A stretch of DNA of 59,178 bases from Betaproteobacteria bacterium (GTDB lineage Bacteria; Pseudomonadota; Gammaproteobacteria; Burkholderiales; Rhodocyclaceae). The stretch is taken from contig CANJXH010000001.1 of NCBI GenBank assembly GCA_947478755.1, positions 1 to 59,178 of the forward strand, written 5' to 3'. The notes beneath the pieces were generated by a model, which did not search any database, had not been told where the DNA came from, and worked only from the letters and a program-made list of their open reading frames with translations. Numbering within the stretch: position 1 is the stretch's first letter; each line of letters opens with the position of its first letter. The translations under genes were made by a program, and so were the position numbers. This document shows, piece by piece, positions 9,259 through 17,896 of this stretch.

Positions 9259-9591
9259 ATGACCTTCGGTGAATCCATCAGCACCTGTTTCTCGAAATAC
9301 GCAACCCTTGACGGCCGCGCGACACGTTCCGAATTCTGGTGGTGGGTGTTGTTCGTTGTGCTGGCCTCAGCCGCGACCGGTCTGCTGGGCAACGTGATCT
9401 CCGGATTGTTCTCGCTGGCCGTGCTGTTGCCGGGCATTGCGGTGACGGCGCGTCGCCTGCACGACATCGACCGCAGCGGCTGGTGGCAGTTGGTCGGTCT
9501 GATTCCGCTGGTGGGCTGGATCGTGATGATCGTCTGGTGCTGCCAGGAAGCGAAAGAACCGAACCGCTTCGGTTCGGCTGCTGCCGACTAG
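9259..9591 (+). CDS. DUF805 membrane protein (YhaH/YhaI-like)
   Basis: FSKYATLDGRATRSEFWWW...RRLHDIDRSGWW...NRFG; AGGGAGA RBS. Confidence 0.9.
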   Translation: MTFGESISTCFSKYATLDGRATRSEFWWWVLFVVLASAATGLLGNVISGLFSLAVLLPGIAVTARRLHDIDRSGWWQLVGLIPLVGWIVMIVWCCQEAKEPNRFGSAAAD

Positions 9592-9615
9592 CGCATCGTC
9601 GCTGCGGCTGCCTGC

Positions 9616-9942
9616 ATGTTCAGCGTCAGTCACTTCTACAACCGTCCGGTGCACGCGCTGCGCATTTTCGAGCGCGTGCTGCGCGAGCAGGGCGTGCTGG
9701 GCCGTTCGCTGCAGGCACTGAGCCATGTCTATTCGCTCGGCACCGGCATTCGTTTGCGTTTCGATTTTGCCGATTCGCCAGCGACTGCGGACTACCGTCT
9801 GGTCTATCGCCTCGGCTGGCTGCGCAGTGCTGCCGAAGTGGCCGAGGCGGGCTGGCAGCTGGATGCTGTGGTGCCGATGAAGGCGCTGTGGATTCCGATC
9901 GGTCATTTCTATTTGTTGGTGAAAGCTTCAACGCCTCAATGA
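9616..9942 (+). CDS. Hypothetical protein, possibly a C-terminal fragment of a SAM-dependent methyltransferase
   Basis: 108-aa ORF with ATGA overlap to the next gene; the EAGWQL...HFYLLVK ending resembles class I MTase C-termini; weak RBS. Confidence 0.4.
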   Translation: MFSVSHFYNRPVHALRIFERVLREQGVLGRSLQALSHVYSLGTGIRLRFDFADSPATADYRLVYRLGWLRSAAEVAEAGWQLDAVVPMKALWIPIGHFYLLVKASTPQ

Positions 9943-10634
9943 GTACAAGCGCCGAGTCTCTGGTTTCCTGTCTTTGCGTGACCCGCAATCGCGTGCCGCT
10001 GCTGCGTCGTGCAGTTGCCTGCTTTCTGCAGCAGAGTTATCACCCGCGCGAGCTAGTGGTGGTTTTCGAGAGTGACGACGCAGCGACACGTGACTACCTT
10101 GCGACGCTCAACGAGCCAGCCGTTAGCAAGATCGAAATACCCTGCCTGCCGAAGCAGCGGCTCGGCACATTGCGCAATCTGGCGCTGGCCGCCGCACAGG
10201 GCCGCTATGTCGCGCAGTGGGACGATGACGACTGGTATGCCCCGGATAGGCTGACCGCGCAGATTGGCGCGCTCAGGCAAAGCGGCAGGTCGGGCTGCCT
10301 TCTGCCGCAATGGATCATTTTCGACGATGTCACCAAGCGGGCCTATCTGTCGGCGGTGCGCACCTGGGAAGGCAGCATGGTGGCGCTGCGCAGTGCCGTG
10401 CCGCCCTATCCCGATCTCGCCCAGGGCGAAGACACGCCGGTGATCAAGGGCCTGCTTGATGCCGGGCAGCTGGCTTTCGTGAACCAGCCGTATCTGTATG
10501 TGTATGTGAATCACGGCGGCAACACCTGGGACCGGACGCATTTCGAAACCAACCTGCTGCCTCACGCGCAACCGCTGCCGCCCGAGACTGCGACAAAAAT
10601 TCGGCAGGTGCTGGAAGCGGGTGCTTCGTGTTGA
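9939..10634 (+). CDS. Glycosyltransferase family 2
   Basis: VSCLCVTRNR...QQSY..RELVVV...LRNLALAAAQGRYVAQWDDDD (DxD motif), GED motif. The true start is the ATG at 9939, inside the 9339..10634 track ORF. Confidence 0.88.
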   Translation: MSTSAESLVSCLCVTRNRVPLLRRAVACFLQQSYHPRELVVVFESDDAATRDYLATLNEPAVSKIEIPCLPKQRLGTLRNLALAAAQGRYVAQWDDDDWYAPDRLTAQIGALRQSGRSGCLLPQWIIFDDVTKRAYLSAVRTWEGSMVALRSAVPPYPDLAQGEDTPVIKGLLDAGQLAFVNQPYLYVYVNHGGNTWDRTHFETNLLPHAQPLPPETATKIRQVLEAGASC

Positions 10635-10718
10635 CGCGAGAAATCGTCTGGCCGGTGCGCCTGCTGGTCATGGCTTTGATTGCGCATGCGCAGACAGACG
10701 AAGCGCAGGCACGCAACA

Positions 10719-10907
10719 TCAGGGCGGCGATATCAGAAAGCTGATGAAGATGATGGCGGTGCCGAGCACGACATAGAAGGTGCGCGCACCGTTGCGGCCG
10801 AAGCGGTCGACAAAGAACTTCGCCCTGCTGCTGTTGAAGAACCAGTCCCAGTCGAGGATGGCGGCGGCAATCGTCAGCAGGCCGATGAGGGCCGCGAGCC
10901 GGTTCAT
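10719..10907 (-). CDS. Imm17-like predicted immunity protein (62 aa, two TM helices)
   Basis: TM helix - DWDWFF (WxW) - SRAKFFVDRFGRNGARTFY - TM helix, matching the described Imm17 pattern; ATG overlaps the tpsA stop (ATGA). Confidence 0.75.
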   Translation of the reverse strand: MNRLAALIGLLTIAAAILDWDWFFNSSRAKFFVDRFGRNGARTFYVVLGTAIIFISFLISPP

Positions 10908-13900
10908 TGACCCTTGCCGCCACCTGCCGCCGAAGGTGAAGTGCGGCTGCATTCGCTTTCCATGTTGACCCCGCCGCTGCGCACTTCGAGCAGCGGCCGG
11001 TTCGCCAGCGGGCCGCCCTGATCGGGCAGGTCCTGGCCGCGAGCGGCATTGGGTGCGTCGATGCAGAGGCGCTGCTCGCCGGTGCTCACGCCACCACCGC
11101 TGCCGCCGCCGCTCGATCCGCCCGTGTCTGAGTCGTCGGCCATACCGGCGCCGGAATTCTTGTCGCCATCGGCATCGCCGCTGCCCGAGCCGCTGTCGCT
11201 GTCGCCATCGCCGGCGCCACTGTTGCCGCCCTTGCCGCTGCCGCTGGCACTGCCGTCACCGCTGTCGGCGCCGTTGTCGCCATCGTCGCCGGTCTTGCCG
11301 CCGTCGTTGCCACCCTTGCCGCTCTTGCTGCCGCTGCCGTCACCATCATCGCCGCCGGAAGCGTCGCCGCCCTTGTTGCCCGAAGCGCTGCCATCGCTGC
11401 CGTCACCGGAGTCGGCGCCACTGCTGCCACCCTTGCCGGAACCGTTGCCCGACCCGCTGTCGGAATCGTTGGCGCCGCCGGAACCGCTGCCCTTGCTGCC
11501 CGCGCCACTGCCGCTGCCGTCGCCGGAACCGGCACCGCCCGAGTCGCTGCCGCCACTGCCGGCGCCACTGCCGTCGCCCGAATCACCGGCGCCGCCCGAG
11601 CCGCCGCCGGAGCCGGAACCATTGCTGCTGTCATCCGTTGCGCCGCCGCTGCCACCACTGCCCGAGCTGCCGGAATCGCCGCCATCTCCGGAGTCGCTGC
11701 CGCCGCCGTTGCCACCGCCACCGCCGGCGCCGCCACTGCCGCTGCCGTCGCCGGAATCACCGCCGCCTGATGAGCCGCCACCCGATCCCGATCCGCCACC
11801 GTTGCCGCCGTCGCCGGAATCGCTGCCGCTGCCACCGCTACCCGAACTGCCCGAGCCACTGCCATCGCCCGAGTCGCTGCCGCCATCATTGCCGCCGCCT
11901 GATCCGCTGCCGCCGCTTCCGTTGCCGCTGCCGTCACCGGAATCGCCGCCACCCGATCCGCCACCGCTGCCGGAGCCGGAACCATTGCCGCTGCCATCGC
12001 CACCGTCGCTGCCACTGCTGCCACTTCCGTTACCACCGCCACTGCCGTCACCCGAATCGCTGCCGCCACTGGCGCCGCCATTGCCGGAGCCGTCGCCCGC
12101 ACCGCTGCCATCGCCGCCGCCACTGCCCGAACCGCCGGAGCCGGACGAGCCGCTGCCGCTCCCGCCATCGCCGCTGCCGTTGCCGCTGTCGGCGCCATCG
12201 TTGCTGCCGGAACCGTTGCCACCGGTTCCGCTGCCATCGCTGCCATCGCCGCCGCCCGAACCGGAGTTGCCCGAACCGCCGCCGTTGTTGCCGTTGCCGC
12301 CACCGGAGCCGCCATTGTTGCTGCCGTCGCTGCTGTCACCGCCGCCACCATTGCCGCCATTGGTGCCGGGGCCGCCGCCGCTGCTCGGGCCGCCATCGCC
12401 CATGCCGCTGTTGGAGTTGCTGTTGGCCGGATCGCCGGGATCGTTGTTCGAATCGTTGCCACCGTTGTTGCCGGTGTTGCCGTTGCCACTGCCGTTGTTA
12501 TTGTTGCCGCCGTTGCTGTTGTTGGGCGTGTTGGCGGCGTTGTTGTTCACGCCGTTGGTGGGGTCGGGCGAGGGGTTGGCCGGGGGCTGGTTGTTATTGT
12601 TGTTGTTGGTGTTGCTGCCGCAGGAAGGCCCGGTGCAGCTGTTTCCGCCGCCACCGCCGCCGCCGCCGGGACTGACGGGGCCGCCGCCGTTGCCGGTGGG
12701 AGTGGACGGGTTGCTGCCGGTACAGGTGGCGAGGCTGGCGCAGCCGCTCCAGGTGCCGCCTGCCTTGCCGAAACCGAACAGCGTGGCGGGTGTGCTGTAG
12801 GCCGCGCCGCTGTTGTAGTTGCTGCGTGTGGCGTTCTGTGCCCACAGCGCGGTGTAGTTGAAGGCCGAACCTGCCTCGACGCGGTTGACGAAGGGATAGG
12901 TGGAACTGGCGGCGTTCCAGTTCTGCAAAGAGAACGTCGGCCAGAACACGCCAAAGCTGTTGAAGGTGCCGATCGACGTATCGACGTATCCCGTGGTCGA
13001 CAAAATGATCTGGCTCAGCAGCGAGTGGTAGTGCGTGGTGTTGGGCGGCGTCAGTTCGGCATGGGCGAGACGCAGGTAGGCGCCGGTATAGGCGCGATCC
13101 GTGGTGCCGCTGAAGATGAAGGTGGTCTTCGCCTTGTCGAGCTTGTCGAGCAGGGCGAAGGAATAGTTGGTTTCGCTGGCGGCATAACCCGGCTCGATCC
13201 AGCCGATCCACATGGAGCGGTTGGTGGTGTAGGGGCTGAACATCACCGAGGTGGTGTTCGGCATCGTGTAGGCCGAGGCGCCGTTGATCAGGTTGAGCGT
13301 GTCCGCCACCAGATGCACCTGCTCGCCGGTGGCGTTGAAGCCGTAGCTGGTGACGGTGGGTGCGACCAGGCGCAGGTTGTACAGGTCGCCCAGCGAGTAG
13401 GCGATGACCTTGCTGGTGCTTTCGGCCGAGAGGCTGCGATAGCCCATTTTCAGGCCGAGGTCGGCATCGCTGCCGATATGGATTTCGCTGCTGGCGACGA
13501 GGTTCTTCACCTGCGACGGTACGCTGCTGTCCTGGTTCATCAGCGCCGGGGTCGAGCCGAAATACAGCGCCGCGGTCTGGCTGAACTGCAGCAGGGTCGA
13601 GCGCGTGTAGTTGGTCTGCGCCCAGCCGGCGCCGTACACGACGTCGAAGGCGTTATGCACGCCGATGGTGTTGCTCATGTGGTACGGCTGGAGCAATACC
13701 CGTGCGCCGTCCTTCATGTCCATGGTGCCGAACATGCTGAGGCTGTCGGCGCGGAACTGCAGGTAGTTGCCTTCCGACTTGCCGCCGAGCACCACCAGGC
13801 TACCGCCGGCGGTGAGATAGAAATCGCCGACTGGCGTTGGCGCACCACCGCCCTGATTGGTGCCGATGCCGAGCACCGTGAGCTGGCCCGTGTAGGCGCT

Positions 13901-16900
13901 GTTGTCGATCTGCATGTAGAGGCCGCCAGCGGCCGACAGCGACTTGACGTTGGTGCGCAGGTTGAAGGCACCCTTGCCTTTGGCTGCACCGAGGATCAGC
14001 GTCGAGCCTTGCACCACCACGCTCGAGTCGCCGGCATTGGTTGCGGCCAGCGCGTCGGTGTGTGTGGTGCTGGCGCCGACCGAGAGGTTGATTGTGGATG
14101 AGCCCTTGCTGTCGCCGACGATGCTCTTGTTGATGGTGAGCGCGGCGTTGCTGCCGGCGTTGGGGTCGTCCGATGCTGCGAGCAGGATGTTGTGCTGGTT
14201 CCACTGGGCATCGCCCCCGGCGACCGAGCCGGCAATCAGCGTGTCGGCGCGGGTGGTAATGCCGCTGATGGTCTTGTTGATGCTGAAGGCGTTGAATGTC
14301 TGCTGGTCGACGGTGAGCGGGCTGCTGGTGACGAAGCTGAGGCTGCCGTTCACATCGGCGGCGAGGTGGTTGACGGCGTTCTTGCCCAGCGACATGTCAA
14401 AGTTGCCGGCGCTGCCGAAGATCAGTAGGGCATCAGCAGTGATCGCGGCCTGGTTGCGGACCTGCGAACCGACCGGTTGCGAGTTGTCGTTGGCCCACTG
14501 GTAGATGCCGGAATCGGAATTGAGATAGACCTTGTGGCCGCTGGCATTGATCTGTTCCTCGATCATCAGGCCGGCGAGCGACTTGTTGGTCACGGAATCG
14601 ACGTAGTCGGAGTAGGGCTTGATCGGATCGAAGCCGCTGAAGGTGCCGGTTTTCAGGTAAAGGTCACCAGTCGTCTTGATGCCGAGCAGTCCGAATATGT
14701 TGCCTACGGTCAGCTCATGCGTCGTGGTGAAATTGAACCCGTTGTGAATGTCGACGGCGAGCAGCTTGGTCGCAGCAGCCGAGAAGCTGGTGATGTTGTT
14801 GGCCTGGATGCCGAGGCCGTAGGATTTGATGTTGAAGCCCGCGGTGTCGATGTTGTAATAACTGCCACCGCTTTGGGCGAACAGCGCAATCTGCCCGCTG
14901 GTGCCACCGGTATTGTTGTAGTCGGTATCAATGGCGGCAGCCAGGGTAATGTTGCCATTGGCCTGCACCTTGCCAGGCGTGTTGTCGGTCCTGATGCCTG
15001 CCACACCGTTGATGGTGTCGATGGTGACCGATTTGTTGTTGAGGAAATCGAAGGACACGTTGTTTCCGCCACCGCCCGCGCCGCTGGTCACCACCGCCAG
15101 CTTGTTGACGCTGTTGGCGGTGCCGGACAGGCCTGCGTAATTGGTCGAGCGCAACACCAGCTTGTCGGCAATCACTGGCGCGTTGCCGTACTGCACGGCA
15201 CGGTTGGACGTGATGTCGATGGTGGCGCTGCCGGCATTGACGGTGCCGTTGATGGCGCCATTGCCGAGCGTCAGCAGGTTGGCATTGATGAGCGTGAAGT
15301 CGTGGCTGTTGGTGTTGATGCCGGTGGTGCTGCCCACGACCTGCGTAAACAGGTTGGCGGAGCTGTTGCGCAAACTGAACACCCCGTTCAGGTCCGCTGC
15401 AATCGCGCCGATCGAGTTGACCATTGCATGCGCATCAACGCTGCTCGTCGACAGATTGACGTCGCCGCTGTTGTTGATGAGTTCGAGACCGTTGGTGGTG
15501 ATGTTCTGCGACTGCGTCAGCGCGCCAACGGTTCTCAGTGTGAGCGTATTGCCGCCGGTACTGATGCCGTTTGTGCTGCCCGCGCTGCCAACGTCAAGCG
15601 CATCGGCATCGCGGTAGCTGATGCTGCCGGCGACATTGCCGGCCAGCGTATCGACATTGTTGCCGCTGCTGGTGAGCGATTGCGTGCCGCCGCCTTTAAG
15701 TTCCAGCGCCGCTGCGGCAATCGATCCGCCGGGTTGGGTGATGCCGCCAGCGCTGTCCAGCGTGACGGTCGCGCCGGTGGCGGTGATGTTGCTGTTCAAT
15801 GTCATCGCGCCGCCGGATTGCAGCGATACGTCGTGACCGCTGCTGCTTATCCCGGTAGTGCCTCCGACGCTCCCGACACTGAAGGCGTTGGTGTCGCGAT
15901 ACGCACTGGTGTCGTTCGTGTTCATCGCTAGTGTGGTGACATTGTTGCCGGCATTGGTCAGTGTCACGGTACCGGCACTGCTGTCGACCTCAAGTCCGCT
16001 TGCCACAATATTGGCGCCCGCTTGCTGGCTTAGGCTGTCATTCACATTCAACGACAGATTGTTTCCGTTCGTGCTGACGCCAGTCGTGCCAAGAACGCTG
16101 CCGATACTCAGCGCTCCGTTGTTCTTGAAGTTGAGCGCACCGGTGACGTTGGCCGCCAGCGTGCCGACGGTATTCGACTTGTTCAGGGTGAAGGTTCCGC
16201 TTCCTGTCGCTGCCAACCCGGCGGCCGTAATGATCCCTGCCGCCTGATTGACTCCCCCGGCCGAGGAATTGAGACCGACAAACCCGGTGCCGGCAGCAAT
16301 ATTGTTCTGCAGCGTGATGCCGTTCGCTGCTTGAAGGATGATGTCGCCGTTGTTGGAGGTCAGCTTGCCGATGTTGGACAGCGAGCCAGTGCCGTTTGCC
16401 TGCAACGTGATGCCGCCGCCCTGCGTGCTGATTTCGTCATTGGCATCGTCGAAGTGAATGCCACCACTGGTGGTTGATGTGATGCGCAAGGAGTTGCCGC
16501 TGGTCTGCTGCATGTTGAGCAGGTTGTCGGCAAGATCCTTGACAGTGATCTGTCCTGTAGCCTCAAGCACGACGTTGGTGGTCGCGCCCAACCCTTCCAG
16601 TGTGGTCTCGGCAATGCCGTTTGTCGTCGTGCCGTTGGCATCCGCCGCGAGAATGGTGGCACCGCTGCCGCTCAGGTCGCCCGCGACCGCGGCGCCATCG
16701 GTGATGTTGAGTGTGGTCGGGTCAAGCAACAGGGTTCCCGTATTGCCTTTAGCAGCTGAAGTATTCGCTGTACCGGCAAACGTCAGCCTGGCGCCCGACA
16801 CTTCGACAAAGCCGCCATTTCCGCCTTGCTCACCTCCGCGAGCACTGATGCTTCCCTGGTACATCGTGCTGCCGTCGCTCCAGACGGCGACCTTGCCGCC

Positions 16901-17896
16901 GTTGCCGGAATCCAGCGCATCCGCCTTGATGGTTGCACCGGACGCAATTGCTACAGCGTCGGCACGCACCTCGCTGCCAGCGCCATGGAAATCGCCGCCG
17001 ATGTGGACCGTGCCGCCGCCCTTGTCGCCGGAGACGTCGATGCGCGACGTACCATCGAGCGTGATCGCGCCACCGTCGGCGAGCAGATACACCGCGCCGT
17101 CGTGTTCATCCACACCGCGCGCCTGGATCACGCCGCTGTTGTTCACCGCGCTGTTGGCCAGCGTGCGCGCGGTCGATGCCGTCATCACCACGCGGCCGCC
17201 ATCGGCGAGCAGCTGACCGCTGTTGGCAACCCCGGCTAGTGCCGTGAGGTTGCGTTCGTTTAATGCATAGTTGACCAGGCTGTCGCCATTGACGTCGAGT
17301 GTGAGCTGTTGCGCCGAACCCAGCAGGATGGTGCCGAGCTTTGCTTCAACCACGCCACGATTCGCTGCATAGTCGCCGGCCAGAACCACGTAGCCACCTT
17401 GACGCGCCTTGATCACGCCATCGTTGACGACTTCCGCACGTGCAGTCGAATTGCTGGCACGAGTGAAGAGGTAATTGCCGGAGAGAAAGTCCGCGTCACG
17501 GATATTGAGCGTGGTGGCGACCAGGCCGCCGACATCCAGTGTCGCGCCAGCACCAAAGTAGATGCCATTGGCGTTGACCAGGAAGACCTGACCATTTGCG
17601 CTCAGATTGCCCAGGATGTTGGAGACGTTGTTTCCAATGACACGATTGAGTGTGACCGATGACGAGGACGGCTGGTAGAAGCGGACGCTGTCGCCACTGC
17701 CGATGCCGAAGCTCTGCCAGTTGATGATGGCCTTGTCAGTGGTCTGTGTGATGTTTTGCTGGCTGGTACCGACATTGCCGATGGTGGCGGACCCTGCGGC
17801 AACCTGGCCACCCGCGGGCAACTCGGCCTGCGCCCGGTTGGCCGCAAGCAGGGCCGCGATGGCCATTGTCAGAAGCTTGCGCTGATGCTGGCCCAT
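10904..17896 (-). CDS. Two-partner secretion exoprotein TpsA (HMW1/CdrA-type), 2330 aa
   Basis: Signal peptide; TPS/haemagglutination domain (INWQSFGIG, LNRVIG, NGQVFLVNANGIYFG); GGFVEVSG and LLLDP (aa 389-393); beta-helical TLAAN repeats; Gly/Ser/Asp tract; C-terminal Cys pair. Confidence 0.92.
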   Translation of the reverse strand: MGQHQRKLLTMAIAALLAANRAQAELPAGGQVAAGSATIGNVGTSQQNITQTTDKAIINWQSFGIGSGDSVRFYQPSSSSVTLNRVIGNNVSNILGNLSANGQVFLVNANGIYFGAGATLDVGGLVATTLNIRDADFLSGNYLFTRASNSTARAEVVNDGVIKARQGGYVVLAGDYAANRGVVEAKLGTILLGSAQQLTLDVNGDSLVNYALNERNLTALAGVANSGQLLADGGRVVMTASTARTLANSAVNNSGVIQARGVDEHDGAVYLLADGGAITLDGTSRIDVSGDKGGGTVHIGGDFHGAGSEVRADAVAIASGATIKADALDSGNGGKVAVWSDGSTMYQGSISARGGEQGGNGGFVEVSGARLTFAGTANTSAAKGNTGTLLLDPTTLNITDGAAVAGDLSGSGATILAADANGTTTNGIAETTLEGLGATTNVVLEATGQITVKDLADNLLNMQQTSGNSLRITSTTSGGIHFDDANDEISTQGGGITLQANGTGSLSNIGKLTSNNGDIILQAANGITLQNNIAAGTGFVGLNSSAGGVNQAAGIITAAGLAATGSGTFTLNKSNTVGTLAANVTGALNFKNNGALSIGSVLGTTGVSTNGNNLSLNVNDSLSQQAGANIVASGLEVDSSAGTVTLTNAGNNVTTLAMNTNDTSAYRDTNAFSVGSVGGTTGISSSGHDVSLQSGGAMTLNSNITATGATVTLDSAGGITQPGGSIAAAALELKGGGTQSLTSSGNNVDTLAGNVAGSISYRDADALDVGSAGSTNGISTGGNTLTLRTVGALTQSQNITTNGLELINNSGDVNLSTSSVDAHAMVNSIGAIAADLNGVFSLRNSSANLFTQVVGSTTGINTNSHDFTLINANLLTLGNGAINGTVNAGSATIDITSNRAVQYGNAPVIADKLVLRSTNYAGLSGTANSVNKLAVVTSGAGGGGNNVSFDFLNNKSVTIDTINGVAGIRTDNTPGKVQANGNITLAAAIDTDYNNTGGTSGQIALFAQSGGSYYNIDTAGFNIKSYGLGIQANNITSFSAAATKLLAVDIHNGFNFTTTHELTVGNIFGLLGIKTTGDLYLKTGTFSGFDPIKPYSDYVDSVTNKSLAGLMIEEQINASGHKVYLNSDSGIYQWANDNSQPVGSQVRNQAAITADALLIFGSAGNFDMSLGKNAVNHLAADVNGSLSFVTSSPLTVDQQTFNAFSINKTISGITTRADTLIAGSVAGGDAQWNQHNILLAASDDPNAGSNAALTINKSIVGDSKGSSTINLSVGASTTHTDALAATNAGDSSVVVQGSTLILGAAKGKGAFNLRTNVKSLSAAGGLYMQIDNSAYTGQLTVLGIGTNQGGGAPTPVGDFYLTAGGSLVVLGGKSEGNYLQFRADSLSMFGTMDMKDGARVLLQPYHMSNTIGVHNAFDVVYGAGWAQTNYTRSTLLQFSQTAALYFGSTPALMNQDSSVPSQVKNLVASSEIHIGSDADLGLKMGYRSLSAESTSKVIAYSLGDLYNLRLVAPTVTSYGFNATGEQVHLVADTLNLINGASAYTMPNTTSVMFSPYTTNRSMWIGWIEPGYAASETNYSFALLDKLDKAKTTFIFSGTTDRAYTGAYLRLAHAELTPPNTTHYHSLLSQIILSTTGYVDTSIGTFNSFGVFWPTFSLQNWNAASSTYPFVNRVEAGSAFNYTALWAQNATRSNYNSGAAYSTPATLFGFGKAGGTWSGCASLATCTGSNPSTPTGNGGGPVSPGGGGGGGGNSCTGPSCGSNTNNNNNNQPPANPSPDPTNGVNNNAANTPNNSNGGNNNNGSGNGNTGNNGGNDSNNDPGDPANSNSNSGMGDGGPSSGGGPGTNGGNGGGGDSSDGSNNGGSGGGNGNNGGGSGNSGSGGGDGSDGSGTGGNGSGSNDGADSGNGSGDGGSGSGSSGSGGSGSGGGDGSGAGDGSGNGGASGGSDSGDGSGGGNGSGSSGSDGGDGSGNGSGSGSGGGSGGGDSGDGSGNGSGGSGSGGGNDGGSDSGDGSGSGSSGSGGSGSDSGDGGNGGGSGSGGGSSGGGDSGDGSGSGGAGGGGGNGGGSDSGDGGDSGSSGSGGSGGATDDSSNGSGSGGGSGGAGDSGDGSGAGSGGSDSGGAGSGDGSGSGAGSKGSGSGGANDSDSGSGNGSGKGGSSGADSGDGSDGSASGNKGGDASGGDDGDGSGSKSGKGGNDGGKTGDDGDNGADSGDGSASGSGKGGNSGAGDGDSDSGSGSGDADGDKNSGAGMADDSDTGGSSGGGSGGGVSTGEQRLCIDAPNAARGQDLPDQGGPLANRPLLEVRSGGVNMESECSRTSPSAAGGGKGQ
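11090..12710 (-). repeat. Imperfect tandem coding repeat for a ~540-aa Gly/Ser/Asp/Asn tract (units like GSGSGGGSGGGDSGDGSG)
   Basis: Repeated ccgctgccg/ccgtcgccggaatc units on the + strand; they produce Pro/Leu and Arg/Cys shadow ORFs. Confidence 0.9.

Noticed and set aside
9339-9938. N-terminal 200 aa of the 431-aa GT2 ORF
   Set aside because: Overlaps DUF805 and the 108-aa ORF; the GT2 fold begins at Met 9939.
11090-12710. Possible CRISPR array or non-coding tandem repeat
   Set aside because: Units are degenerate, codon-phased and lack unique spacers; no cas genes.
11049-12800. Long Pro/Leu-rich (583 aa), Arg/Cys-rich (540 aa) and Ala-rich (467 aa) ORFs
   Set aside because: Shadow frames of the Gly/Ser/Asp repeat in tpsA; stop codons are absent only because of the repeat's composition.
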